A DNA stretch of 64,000 nucleotides, taken from contig MU005980.1 in the NCBI GenBank assembly GCA_010093745.1, positions 149,440 to 213,439 on the forward strand, given 5' to 3'. A program made the position numbers and the translations under genes. The stretch comes from Piedraia hortae CBS 480.64. Lineage: Eukaryota. Each line of letters starts with the position of its first letter. Within the stretch, counting starts at the first letter, position 1. Shown in pieces: positions 23,753 through 36,074 of the stretch. The notes beneath the pieces are model-generated. The model saw nothing but the letters and a program-made list of their open reading frames with translations, made no database searches and had not been told where the DNA came from.

Positions 23753-25469
23753 GGGTCCACGCATACGTAGTCCAGGCTGCGAATATGTCTAGCCGAGAGC
23801 GGGTTCCCTGTCTTTCATCAAGCGGCCAAACATCCTTATAGCCGTTCTACTTGCCTATCTAAGAGAGGATTGCGCCAGAGGGGCAAACATAGATATCACG
23901 CAGAAGTCGCAGGCCAAGGCAATTGCCCTTGTCGACCTCCATGAGGAACATAGGGCCAGCATCTACGCTCAAGAACGGGCAAGAGGGAGCTTCGTTGCCT
24001 CACTCGACAGACAGGTGCCCCTTCTAACAACATGTTGCTCTCTATAATCCTTTCGGAAATTAGACGAGGCAATGACGAGACCGTTAGACTTACTGCATCG
24101 CTCAACAGACTTAATGAGACAATGAATGCCCTATCCAAGAAATTGAGTGAATCAATGGATGAACAGAGCACCATTCTCGCGACTATAAAGTTGTCCGCCG
24201 AAGATAGGCCCATTCAGCAGACAGCGATGGGTAGGGCAGGTAGCGAAGAGTGGTTCTACAAAGGGTTAAGACTATCAAAAAAGTATCATGTCTTTGCATG
24301 CATCATATCGCAGCTGATGAGCATTTTACATTTGCATATTGAACATCAGGGTATCCGATATCTTGATAGCGTAGATTGTCAGCCAGATGCCCAGTACGAT
24401 CTGTCGCGGGCCGCGCAAGCGGTAGAGCCCGCAAGTGAAGATATCAGACAGCGCAGCATTACAACGCGCACCCTTTTATACCACGCTCTGACGAAGGGTA
24501 CTACTACAAGTTTCATCTTCGGGATATGAGCGCCAAGCTTGGTTTTCCCCGACGTCCATATTCTCTGCCCCACAAACCGGGCGGAGTACTATCAGGTCCG
24601 TCCATGCCATGTAGCCTTTGCTGATTGGTTGCAACACCTGACTGCTGCTTTGCCCGGAATAAGTCGTAAATAATCGCCTTGCGCGATATACCAGCATCAG
24701 TTGGCATGATGCTTCGTCCAAAAACCTGCCGGGGAAGGTACGAGCAGGAACGATCTCACCGCTTACGCTACACCCCATGTTTACAGTGGGGAGTGGTATT
24801 CGATGAGGAATTCAATCATGATCGAAATATATAGGACTGTAAGGAACACCGAGGACACAAGATGGCGATTGTCACAGAGTTTTAGCGCTGTTAGTTCGAG
24901 ATAGGTGATACGCCTTGGCCTTGTAAAATATATGATTACCAATTTTGCAGTTTTGACAGCATCAGATATTGTTAGAGCGTAGGATATTGATAACTTGATC
25001 AACATGGGACGATGATCAGCTCCAGTGTATTGAAATTGATTCAGACTGTTGAACTGAGAGGATGGGATTGGGAGCCGCAGAAGGATTATCGAACTGGGGA
25101 CTAGTTTGAGCAGTTTCTGAGAATGATGGCAGAGATAAAATGACGAAACCTAATGGAGCCTTTTCACGTGCGTAGGGAATTTCTGGGAGTTGGGTTAGAT
25201 ACCAAAATACCACATTGAATCAGAATGAAAGCGTTGTACCATGCACAATGCAGAAACCATCGTGCTTTTGAAAGTAGTTTGAGTGCCAATTTCCCATCAG
25301 TACGGCGTATGTCTCGACCTCTTCGACGGCGAATTATGGCGTGTTGCATGGTAACGAGTGCTCCGCGATGGCGGGAATGGAAAGATGATAAACAGAACAC
25401 TATCGTCGGGCAGATAAGGTTTAATGGTGGGCTTTAAAATTGCCTCCGCGAGCAACATATGCAACTAGG

Positions 25470-25745
25470 CTTCTGTGTCCTCGTAGAGCGAGAGGAGCAG
25501 GCAAGTTTAGTTGTACCATCAATTGTATTGTTACTTTGATGTCGGTTTTGTCCACCTTATGCCAACTATCGTCATCCGGAGTCTTACATTAATGAGGAAG
25601 GAGAAAATCTGAACGCAAGTGCTATTTTACAGCACAAGGGTTGCTTATGATTCCCCAAGAGGTGATGTGGGTACAGGAAACTTTGCTAAGACTATGCAAA
25701 AACGCTGCCTTCAAGACATGGAGGTCCTTGAACAATTTGTATACT
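25470..25745 (+). mobile_element. Possible gypsy integrase-tail/chromodomain relic
   Basis: PESYINEEGE..ASAILQHK...CGY... and LQDMEVLEQF in shifted frames; heavily decayed. Confidence 0.3.
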
Positions 25746-26204
25746 CACCTTCACCAGGAATGAAGGCTTGGAGATGTCCGGTGCCGCCTCCTGTGCCTTT
25801 TCCATCTGTCGCATTGCACAACGCGGCCGTACCCACATCGGCCCACTGCCAATTTCCCACCGCTAGCGAACAGACCCGAACACCGCGCGAACGACTCTCC
25901 CGCAGGAGGATCAGGCAATTTAGAATATGACACTATGATCCATCAACCTGTTCCGTCTTGACAGCCTGTCAACTTACTCCCCACAAAACCACTTCAACCA
26001 AACCCAACCAATAATTTTTCTCACCCCCACCACCCAATCCATCCAATTAGACCAAACTTCTGCCCTAGTAGCTAAGTCCACCAACGCGTGACGCACGCCA
26101 AACCGCACATCCCCGCCGCGTGTCGTGCATTTTACCCCTCCTGTTCACCTTCAAAAACCTTACCCTCTCCATACACACACACACATCCTCCGCAGAACAT
26201 TCTG

Positions 26205-27065
26205 ATGAACGCTGAAACGCAAGCCGAATGGCACCGCAAAACCGAAATGGAAAACTCTCCACCCTCCAGGTGCTTCCCCTTCGGTACTCCCTCCTCCAAT
26301 ATCGCTCCGTTCGTCTCCGCCCTTTCCAACCCTCCCCCCTCCTGCCCCCTCCTCCACGACGAAGGAAGACTGTGGAAGGCATGTCTCGCTGAAATAGAAG
26401 CGTATAACTGGGAGAATGCTCGTGAGAAACGTGCGGAGGGGAAGATGCGTGCGGTTGGGGACATGGATATGAATGTACAGGAGGCCGTTGGATCGGGTGG
26501 GCGCATGGAGATCGATGAGATATCGTTGGTTGATCGCGAGGAGCGTGCCAGGACGAAGTTGAGTGACATTGTGAATGGGATTCTAAATGGGCAGGGTGGT
26601 GGGCCAGTCGACGGAATTAAAGGGCCTGTGGGGATGGGAGAGGTCCCTGAGGGAGAGTCTGGGGAAGTGAAACATGTCGTTGTAGGGAGTGAGTCTATGG
26701 GAGCGGAAGAGGTCGGTGGAATGGACGAACGTGCGGTGAAAGAGGTTGGGGGAGCTGAAGAGGATGTTAAAATGGAAGAGGATGTCGAAGTCAAAGATGA
26801 CGGCGAAACGGAAAAGGTCGCCAGCAAGAAGATGGCGGGCGCAAAGCAGCAGACGAAAAATGACCGCCGTCGTGTTTCTGCTGTGCCTGGGTGTGTCACG
26901 AGTTATAGTAACGTTGCGAGAAAGATGAAATCAGATTTGAAGCGTGCTCGACAGATCTCGAAACCCCCGAAGAAGTCCAGTACGAACGCGTCTAACGGTA
27001 AGGATGCAAACATCGACTGCAAAGAATACAATAAGGCTTTTGAACAAAAGCTTCGTGGCTTTTAG
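26205..27065 (+). CDS. Hypothetical protein (acidic, low complexity, K-rich tail)
   Basis: 286-aa open frame from ATG 26205 with the C-rich to G-rich compositional pattern seen in real genes here; no domain recognised. Confidence 0.45.
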   Translation: MNAETQAEWHRKTEMENSPPSRCFPFGTPSSNIAPFVSALSNPPPSCPLLHDEGRLWKACLAEIEAYNWENAREKRAEGKMRAVGDMDMNVQEAVGSGGRMEIDEISLVDREERARTKLSDIVNGILNGQGGGPVDGIKGPVGMGEVPEGESGEVKHVVVGSESMGAEEVGGMDERAVKEVGGAEEDVKMEEDVEVKDDGETEKVASKKMAGAKQQTKNDRRRVSAVPGCVTSYSNVARKMKSDLKRARQISKPPKKSSTNASNGKDANIDCKEYNKAFEQKLRGF

Positions 27066-27302
27066 TGGTCGGACTGGGGGAAAAGTAATATATGGTAGAT
27101 GTAGCTCTCCGTATGATGGTACCATGAGATTGATCATTCGTACGATGGGTTGCATTGGTTTTCGTGAGATTGTTAGATGATTGAGATTGAGATGTAGATG
27201 AAGGAGGTTTAATAAGAATTTGTTTGTGCGTTGATGGAAGAAGACCAAACACTTGGTCTAGATAAGTCCCAGTTTCCATGCATGTTTGCTCCCTACCCCT
27301 TA

Positions 27303-28428
27303 CTATTCATCCATCCCTTCCGCAGGAGCAATGTATAGAAGCCTATCATATGCATGATCGCCGTACAGTGTAGGAATATTGGGAGTGTGCATGACGTCAT
27401 TAATTACTTTGCAAGTATCAGGATCGATGGCACTTGTAGCCCCGCTTTCGTCAGGCAACAATAGTGGTGAAATGAAGATCTCGATCGGAAAGCAAGAGTC
27501 CTTGGTTATGAGGCCGCTCTCGCCCCCTCGGACTGCGGTAAAGTCGATGAAGATGTGAAGGAGGTGGGCGATTTCAATCTTCTTCGACTTGACTCTTGGT
27601 CTGCATTTTGTCAGAGAAGACGGCAGCTTGAGACTAGCGGTGAGCCTGTAATGATCTTCCGCCACCGTTGAGTCGTCGTGCTTTGTGATCAATGAATCTG
27701 GTGGATCCTTGATCTTTTCCTTCGCTATTATATCCTTGGCCAGAAAGGACTCATCATCCTCATAATAGCGCAGGGAGGCCAAGACATGCTCGTCCAGATG
27801 CATGACAATCGTTTCAACTGTTACGTTTCGGATTAGAGGTGTAACCTCCAAAGACATATCGATTTTGGTTCCAAAAGCAACTGTGCGAGAGGCAATTGCT
27901 TTGCAAACCATCGTATGAGGTACAATGCATTCATCAGACGCATATCGTGACGCGCATGCCAACTCCTGGTTTGGCACGCGGACTATGCGTATGAACACGC
28001 GCGGTGCACTCAAGTCAGATTTTACCCAATAGTCACGGCCGTGCTCCATGGAGGCGCCCAGGAACCACCTGATTCGATAGCGTTCCACTCTCTCTACACT
28101 TTCTAGGAGTTCTGGTGCTATGTTAAGCGTGAATGGCCATTCGGTCACACCTAAGGGAAATTTTTGGCGTTAAGTTCGAGCAACTCCTGATCATCTCTGT
28201 GGATAATTGCAAAGCGCTCTAGCATGATCTGTTTCCCACTCGTATTACCTGACTTGAAGCGAATGGTCTCCTCTCCGATAAGACTGACGGTGGGGCTCAC
28301 GACAACTGTTTCTTTGGTAAGGTAAGGCGAACGATTCCTCGCAACTGGACTGAAGAGGAATTGTTCTCATTGCCTTGGAACAGCACAGTGGTCGTCCCGG
28401 GAATGACCTCCAACGTCGGCTTAACCAT
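27303..28428 (-). pseudogene. Divergent alpha-arrestin (Rod1/CreD-like) with two frameshifts
   Basis: MVKPTLEV..VLFQGNENNSSSVQLRGIVRLTL (fs)...(fs) PLGVTEWPFTLNI..ESVE, IRIVRVP, VAFGT, LPSSLTKC, FISP, LYGDHAYDRL. Confidence 0.75.
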
Positions 28429-31400
28429 GGGTAGTGAGAGTGTACTATGACAATAGTTCGCTTTCGCCAGGTCCAATTAGTAGCTTTCTTTTTGCTTTAT
28501 GTTCCTTGCTCAAAATTCACACTCAATAGATTGGGAGGCAATTTCACCTGTTCCCTGATATCACGTGACTGCATGTTGTAACCCGTGGCCGGAAAGTATG
28601 TCCTTGCGATTAGATTCTGCCGGTACTTGTTAAGTCCGCGCTGTATAATCAATCTCCAGCAAGGTTGACTTTTTCGGTGTAAAGAAGATAACGAAGAGCA
28701 CTCTCTCTCACCAACGCCGCAATAAGTTGTGCAAGTTCAATCTCGTGCTTGTGGCGTCTCCTTAATATTCCTTGTTCCCACTTGCTTTTCTTAGCAATGA
28801 ATGATCGGTATGGTCGTTCTTGGCTACCGAGTGCTGACTGTAATGGAATAGGACGTGCAGACTCAGATAGCTCAAGGGTAGGAGACTTGTTTCAGTATGT
28901 TTGAGACGCCTGCCTAAGGTAGATATGGCACCAAATTTTAAGGATTTCTATCAAAGGAAGTTGTCACGGCGAATGCGGTTTGGATCTTGCCGGAATCTAT
29001 GACGTTCTTGGCAAACAAGTTTTTCCCTTGCTTCTCACGACCTCCACAATCATGAATTGTTATGGGATTGCACACACAGTTCACCGTACCATCATTCACA
29101 GAAATCGGAGTGAGAGTTAATTTCTCCTAGCGAAGTCTATGAACCCAGGAAGCTCCACCTCCAATAATTACGCATCTAAGGGTAGGACACAACTGAGGAG
29201 AAATGGCATTGTCAATCATTTCATAGACGCGAATCCTCGTGAGGCCACTCCACTTGGTTTGTCATTCGACAATTCTCAACAAGTACGAGTTGAATGTGCA
29301 TGTGCAATGTTGTGACGAAAATCGAGACCAACAAGACCATTAGCGGCCCTCGCCCCTCTCAGGACTGGCGCAGAAATTCCACGTACAAGCCAATTCACAA
29401 CACCTGCGACCGCTACCACGGATACGATACGTTTGAGGAAGCCCGCGACGCGGGAGTACATCACCCTGGCTCTGCCGGCGACTGACTACACATTCTCAGC
29501 CTTTGTGCGAATCGCCACTTCTCTATCGAATCAGCGCAGGCACCACAGCAGTCAGCGAGACTATAACCTGCAACAGATTCACACGAGGCTCGCGCCTTAC
29601 CCTACAATTTATACTTGCATGGCTCATGGGCAGATCTTTATGAAATTGAGCGAGGTCCACCAGCGTATAATTGGATCCATGGCAAGTTTCCTAACGGGGA
29701 TGGGGGTCTACAAGTCAATCCATGCCAGCAACCGTGACCACTACCGCGACTAGGAAACTCTCGATGAGGCCAAGGCCGCTGATGCAACACAAGGCACCAC
29801 ACATCTCCCGCTCTTTCGAACAAAATGTCCCTTCTATCCGGTACTCCCGTCAATCGTTGCTGTCGCGCTCGCTTCACATATGTGTCCACCCACAATTGCA
29901 CCTACGATATCTCGGGTACGATATCTCTGAATAGGCCCGCGACGCGAGTGCATACCTATTCGACCGAGTCCAAGCTCAACACTCCCAACAGCTACCATTC
30001 CCCCGCTCGGGACTGGTTCAAAAATTCCACTTTTGATCAACCAAAAACCCCCGCGGCCGATACTATGTGCATAACAAAGTGCACGGCGCAGTGGTATATC
30101 ACCTGACCCCCGATGACGACAACACAGTGACTGAGTTCCTCTGCAACATTCCGTAATGATGCGCCCATCGCGAATTGCATCAAGCGTGTTATCCGCGTGG
30201 GAAGCCAGTATTCTTGGGCGAGACATACCAGACGATGTGCAAGCGATTCTGGGCTCAAATATGGATTCCACATCCATGGACGCGGATAAAAAGGACCCTT
30301 GTGAGAAATATACCAGCACGTACGCACATACTAATGGGTGTCCTTGCGTCTTGCTCACTTCTTGGCGATCATACGCCTTGTTCGTCAGACTTGCTGCCAA
30401 TATTAACGGGGAAGACATACCCGACGAAGATCGAGCCACTCAAGACTCGGTCCCCAGCGGGAAATATATTTGCATGAGGCTTGGAAGAATTCTTCCTCTT
30501 CCCATGAGATATGTGTCTGGCATGACTTGACGACATCAATCCATCTTATCAATTTAGTGTTCCCTATCAGTAGCATGTCCAAGTGGCGCTGCGGTCTCTA
30601 AAACCTTTCCTCGAGGCTGGTGCGACCGGATGCTCTGTTATGTTTGTAGTTTGTAGATAGATGATGCCCGAGAGCTGGCGAAGCAGAAGCATCCCTTCCA
30701 GAATGGCTTGGGTGGCAATGGTTTATATAGTTTTTTGAACATCCCAGTGCTGTTATATGTCAAGAGGATTTCCTCCTCCTGGAGAGCCTGGACAATAACC
30801 GTGAGGAAGCATATTTCTTGGCGGTTCCACCGACAAATCCTGCTAAGATGCTCTGGGCGTAGAGCCCATCCCGACATAGCGACGTGTCCTCCAATCCCCC
30901 TACCAAAATCTCCTCCCAACGCTGTTACCTTCAAGTAACCTGAAACGAAACCTCAGTTGCCGCGAACGTGCCTGACATATACCCACCCCGTATTTCCACG
31001 CAATGCCCAGGCACATCAGAGACTTATCAGGTAGTTTTGCCGAAGCAAATAAAAGCTCGCAAGTCAGGCCACTTTACCAGCCATTATTGCGACTACATCC
31101 CACATTTGGATTAGCCTGTCCCTCTTGACGAGCGAGAGCCCCTCCCGCAGGTAGAAGGTGACCAAGGCGTATGACTGACTTCACACACTCGGTGATGCCC
31201 GGAAGCTATTGAGAAGTTTTCAAGAAGGAATTGTTCTCTTGCATAAGTAGATTCTAGTTGGAGATATATTGTTGATGGAACTCTGCTGTTCATCGATCTG
31301 TTATGAGCATTTTATCCTGTCAATGTCCAATATTTTTAGCTCGAATTGTGTTTCACCTCAGCGCTTGTGATTCAATGCCGCATGAAAAGGTCTTGTGGCT

Positions 31401-31701
31401 TAACATGTCTGGCTTTGCTTGCTGGCCTTGCGCACTGTGGAAGCGTGACAAACAATGATAGAGCCAGACATTGCGAAAATTACACAGAGTGATGCTAAAA
31501 AGTTCCAAAGCCTCAAAAGGCATACTTACTCATTTGAAACAGGCCACTAGCGCATAATGTGACAGCACGCATTTTGAAGGCAGCAAGAAAAAGAATCGGT
31601 ATATCAAAAAATTGTTGTAGAGAATAGGTACAAATTCAACACCCTAGGAAATTTCTCCCTCCTCCATCCAAAACGCCAGCCAGTTCCACTTAAGGTGGCC
31701 C

Positions 31702-33200
31702 TTAAAACAGTCCAAACGTCGCAAGAAGACCCAACAATGCCGCTCCAATCCCATTAATCCCATAGCTTGCACCTGTTCCCGCTTTAGGCCCGTAAACGGT
31801 AGAGCGCACAGTGCTCACCGGAACCCCAGTTGCCGTCATGACCCGATCAGGAACAAGCGTCGGCACTGGCGTAATTGTCGTGAAAGCTGTAAGAATGGTC
31901 GTAATGGATGGGATGACAACTGGTGTCGAGGTCAAGGTTGAGACCGGGTACGCGATAACGGTGTGTGTCTCAGTGGCAAGCCCATCGGCTGCACGAACAG
32001 CAAGTGTGGGGACAGAGAGGATAGATAGGTTGAGAATTCCGCCAGTAGCCGTGCTCGAACAGCTTGAAAGGGGCGACAAAAGTTGCGTCAGAGAAGAGAT
32101 CTGACTGATGAGTTTGGTTACAACCGTGATCGGGACGTCCAGCAGGCTGTTGATCGAATTTGTGACCTGATCAATGGCAAGGTTGGCGCTCGTACCCGCG
32201 GCAGTGGATGCAATAAGGAGTGCGTCCGTTAGATCCTTGATGATGGCCTGCACGTCCACCACCAGGCACTTCAGCAGAGATTCCAGCGACAGAATGATCT
32301 TGTTCAGCTCGTCGAGCAAGTTCGAGGGCAGCGAGAGAAGACAGAGAGGATTCGTCACCAGAGAGTCGACTGCGCTCACAATACCACTGAGGACTCCAGT
32401 AGGGACGGCAGCCAGTGAACTAACCGCAGTTGCAAGTTCCGACGCCAAAGACGATGGAAGGGCGGCCAAAGACGAAACAGCACTTGCAAGGTCCCCAGCC
32501 AAAGCAGTTTGTCCAGCCTGCAAAGAGCTTAGAGCGCTCGAAACACCTGAAGCCACGTCCGTTGGCAAGGCAGCCAGCGAAGTAACGGCATTGGACACGG
32601 CGCTAACCAGAGAGGTCGGCACAGCAGCCAGGGATGAGATAGCACTCGAGATGTCCCCGGAGACATCGGTGGGAACAACTTGACCCAATGCAGAAGTCTG
32701 AGCGGCAACCAGGGACGAAACAACACTCGAGAGGTCTCCCGCGATAGCGGTAGGATTAGTAACTAGAGACTGAACAGCACTGTTGACTGAACCCAATGCC
32801 GAAGTCTGCGCAGCAACCAGAGAAGAGACGGCGCTCGAGAGATCCCCTGCGATAGCGGTAGGATTGGTAATAAGAGACTGAACAGCACTGTTGACCGAAC
32901 CCAATGCGGACGTCTGCGCAGCAACCAGGGACGAAACAGCACCTGCAGCGTCGCTAGCGATGTTAGAAAGTGGGACGAGCGTAATAGACCCAAGCAGTGC
33001 CTTCGAAGTTGAGGTTGCCGAAGTCGAGGACGATGTCGTTGTACTGGAGAGGAGATTGCTCAAGAGCCCGAGCTGTGAGCTTGTTAGCCATCCAGAATTT
33101 GTGTACTACGAGCCTAGAAACGGACCGTGGGGAGCGTCAAAGGCTGGCCATTCACCAGAGCTGCCGCAGCAAGCATGGCAAAGATCGACTGTGACAGCAT
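31702..33200 (-). CDS. Secreted, probably GPI-anchored Ser/Ala/Thr-rich cell-surface protein with 18-aa repeats (intron 33073-33125)
   Basis: Signal peptide MLSQSIFAMLAAAALVNG in a 75-nt exon 1; gtccgt..gctaac..cag intron; repeats; Thr-rich stalk; C-terminal GA-spacer plus hydrophobic tail. Confidence 0.85.
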
Positions 33201-33767
33201 TTTGGATTGAATAGCAAATATGTTCGAGCGGTTTGACGGTAGTTGATGGAAATCGGGAATATGAGGTAGTCAATAAATGGGCTGTCGGTAATGGAGACGA
33301 GAGGTGGTCAAATGAATGGACTGGTGGTATTGAAGAAGAGAGATGGAGAGAAGGATGAAGAGGAAGAAGTGAGAAGACGCTGAAGATATACTAGAAAGTG
33401 TGGGTCTGGAGTGGCTCCGCTCCGAACGTGGAAAGTGCGGGGGATGTGCCTTCCTTTCTGTGAACAGACGTTGATGTTTGAACCCGCAACATTGTCGTCA
33501 TTCATCACAGCAGTAATGCTCATGAATCTAATTATCCCGCTGATGCCGGTCTCTCGTCATCAGAGGGTGTTACAATATAGATGTTGTACCATGGACAGCG
33601 AGATGATGTGAATAGTGCTCGTTTACAATTGCACATTTGCGGCGCAATCTAAATCACAAAGTCCCACGTCCAATCACTTAACATATATCAGCTTGCAAGA
33701 GGACCATGCTCTCACCTATACAGCAACACGCTTCCTACATCAAAGTTACGCCCATCTGATCGAAATC

Positions 33768-35469
33768 CTAAAGCCTCCCTTTCCCAATATCTAGCCCCCA
33801 GTTCTCAAAACGTGGACACAGCTCCCACACCCAACGCGAAGCAACTGTTCGCTCCGAGCATGAAACGAGTAAAGTAGCAGCAACAACCCAAGCAAGGACT
33901 TCCATCGTCTTCCTCCCTTCGCTGCATGTGTCCAGAACCTCCAACCCACGACTTATCCAATCCTTCTCCTTCGCCCACCTCTCGCCCCAGGTTCGCTGAG
34001 TTCCAGTGACCCACTCCGTAAACACCCGTAAAGTGTTCCCGTCTTCCAATACCCTTCGAGTATCAATGGCAAGTACATCTACCGTGCCTTCCCAGATGGG
34101 CAAGACAGCAGTATCTCTCCACAGACGAGCTATATTGAGATGCATATCCTCTTCAAGGTATCCGATCCCACCCAGCATTTGCATGGCATCATAGAGGCCA
34201 TGGACGGCGGCAAGGGATGCTTGTGCCTTTAGAACAGGGGTGAGAAGGCGTAGGAGGAGAGCTGCTTGAGACAGTGTTTTGATTCCCAGTACAACTTCTG
34301 AAGGGAAGGAAGACTCCTCGGCCTCCACAATGCCGAAGAGGTAAACGACAAAGTATCCGAGATGCATGTGCGCTGCATAGCGTGTGTGAAGTAACGCCAT
34401 TGTCTCTTGATGGTTGGGTAGTTCGCCTAGAAGAGCGCCGCGGGCAACATGGCGGACACGTGCGTAGGCGCGAGCAATTGCGAGGCCACGGCCCCAAAAC
34501 CCGAGCGCAGAGATAGCAGTGTGGATTCGCGTTATGTTTAGCATAGTCGATATCTCGCGGATGCCAGACCCCGGGGTTCCGATCAAATAGCCTTTCATAT
34601 TTGTAAGAACAAGCTCAGCTGTCGGAAGAGGGCGCGTGCCAACTTTGTTTTTCAAACGTTGGACGGTAATCGCGTTCTCCTGGGGGAGGTGTGCGAGGAA
34701 GGCGGATAGACCCTCTTTTGTTTGAGCGAGAAGGATGGTTATGTTACTATCCGCCGCGGAAGAGAAGAATTTGAAACCTGAGATGGACCAGGCGTCTTGA
34801 CCATTGATGGGCGTGGCAATGGTTTCTGTGCCGGAGACGTCACTACCGCCGGTCCGCTCTGTCATCCATTGGCCGCTGGTCCAAGCTTGGGATGCGTTGC
34901 GGGATGTAAGACGGGAGAAGGCGTTCTCGAATAGCTCATTCTTGCCGGAATGGCGGTGCAAGAGGGATGCTGCGCCGTCCGTCATGGCGGCTGGACATGT
35001 AGTGATTGCACAAGAGGCCGACCAGAGGTGATACTTGACAAATTGATGCATGCGGGACAAATGGCCTTCAGCGCCTTCGTATGGGATTGAAACAATCCCT
35101 TGGCTAGTGCCGATAGATTGGAGTGCACGCCATCCGTGACTGGTTATCAGTTTGGATTTTGGTACGGCAAAAGTTGTATGAGTTGTTAAACGAGGGGGGT
35201 TGTGTTCGGCATCTTCAACAAGATCTAAGATGAATGGGGAAAGGACGTAATCTCCAAACGAGGTAAGTGGTTGTTGGAGATCCTCATGGTATGGTGAATT
35301 GCGTGGGAAGTAGACTGGTCTATGTCAGAAGGGTGAACCTCCTCAGGGGCCTTGAACTACAATTGAAGATTTCCCGCAGGACAGTGTCTTCTTCAAATTG
35401 ATTCTGCAGGATTGGAGGCTTCTGAAAGAAGCCCAATGTCCCACTTGATGGCTTAGAAGTCACTGGCAT
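33768..35469 (-). CDS. Acyl-CoA dehydrogenase (AidB-like), one 5' intron
   Basis: MPVTSKPSSGTLGFFQKPP start; CPAAMTDGA, WTSGQWMTERTGGSDV, GFKFFSSA, RLKNKVGTRPLPTAEL, GGIGYLE, IWEGT. Confidence 0.9.
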
Positions 35470-36074
35470 TGTTGTCTAATTTTAATGGTGAAGATGGATT
35501 GTGCTGCCGAGGTCCTGCGTGCGCTGACATCATTGCGTTGGATGTGATGGAAGTTTCACCACACAAGCGAGTTCACTCCATGATCTGAATTAACAAAGTA
35601 AAAGCCTTGGTGATCTCCAATCGTCTGAGCACCGACTATGGTCCTTACTGCCTTTTCACGGATGAATTGAGCAGCTTCAACCATGTTTGGGAGAGTTTTG
35701 CCCGCGTTGCGGCCTCACTCATCGTGTGATGAACGGGCTCAGCGGTGCAAACAATGTCAAACGGCGGAAAGGAGTCGTCTCCTATCTCTTTGGTATGTGA
35801 ATGGTGACCGAGGTGTGTGACTGCACAAGAACGCGACGTGGGGGTGTGTGCCAAGCCAACCACCGCGCCCGGTGAGATAACGTTCCATAAAATGACCTCA
35901 TATCAAGGGAAAACATCCCCCAACAGGGAGGTATTCGCATAACTGAATGGCTTTACCAGTTCTCAAACATCCTGCCTCAGACGCTTTAAAACCTTTCCCT
36001 TAATATATCAAGTTACAGAGCTACATGATTCATCGCGAAATCACATTCCCAGAACCCTTAGCATATCGTCCAAA

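Noticed and set aside
15900..31600. Starship-type giant element explaining the island
   Set aside because: No tyrosine-recombinase (DUF3435) captain ORF or boundary repeats recognisable at either end.
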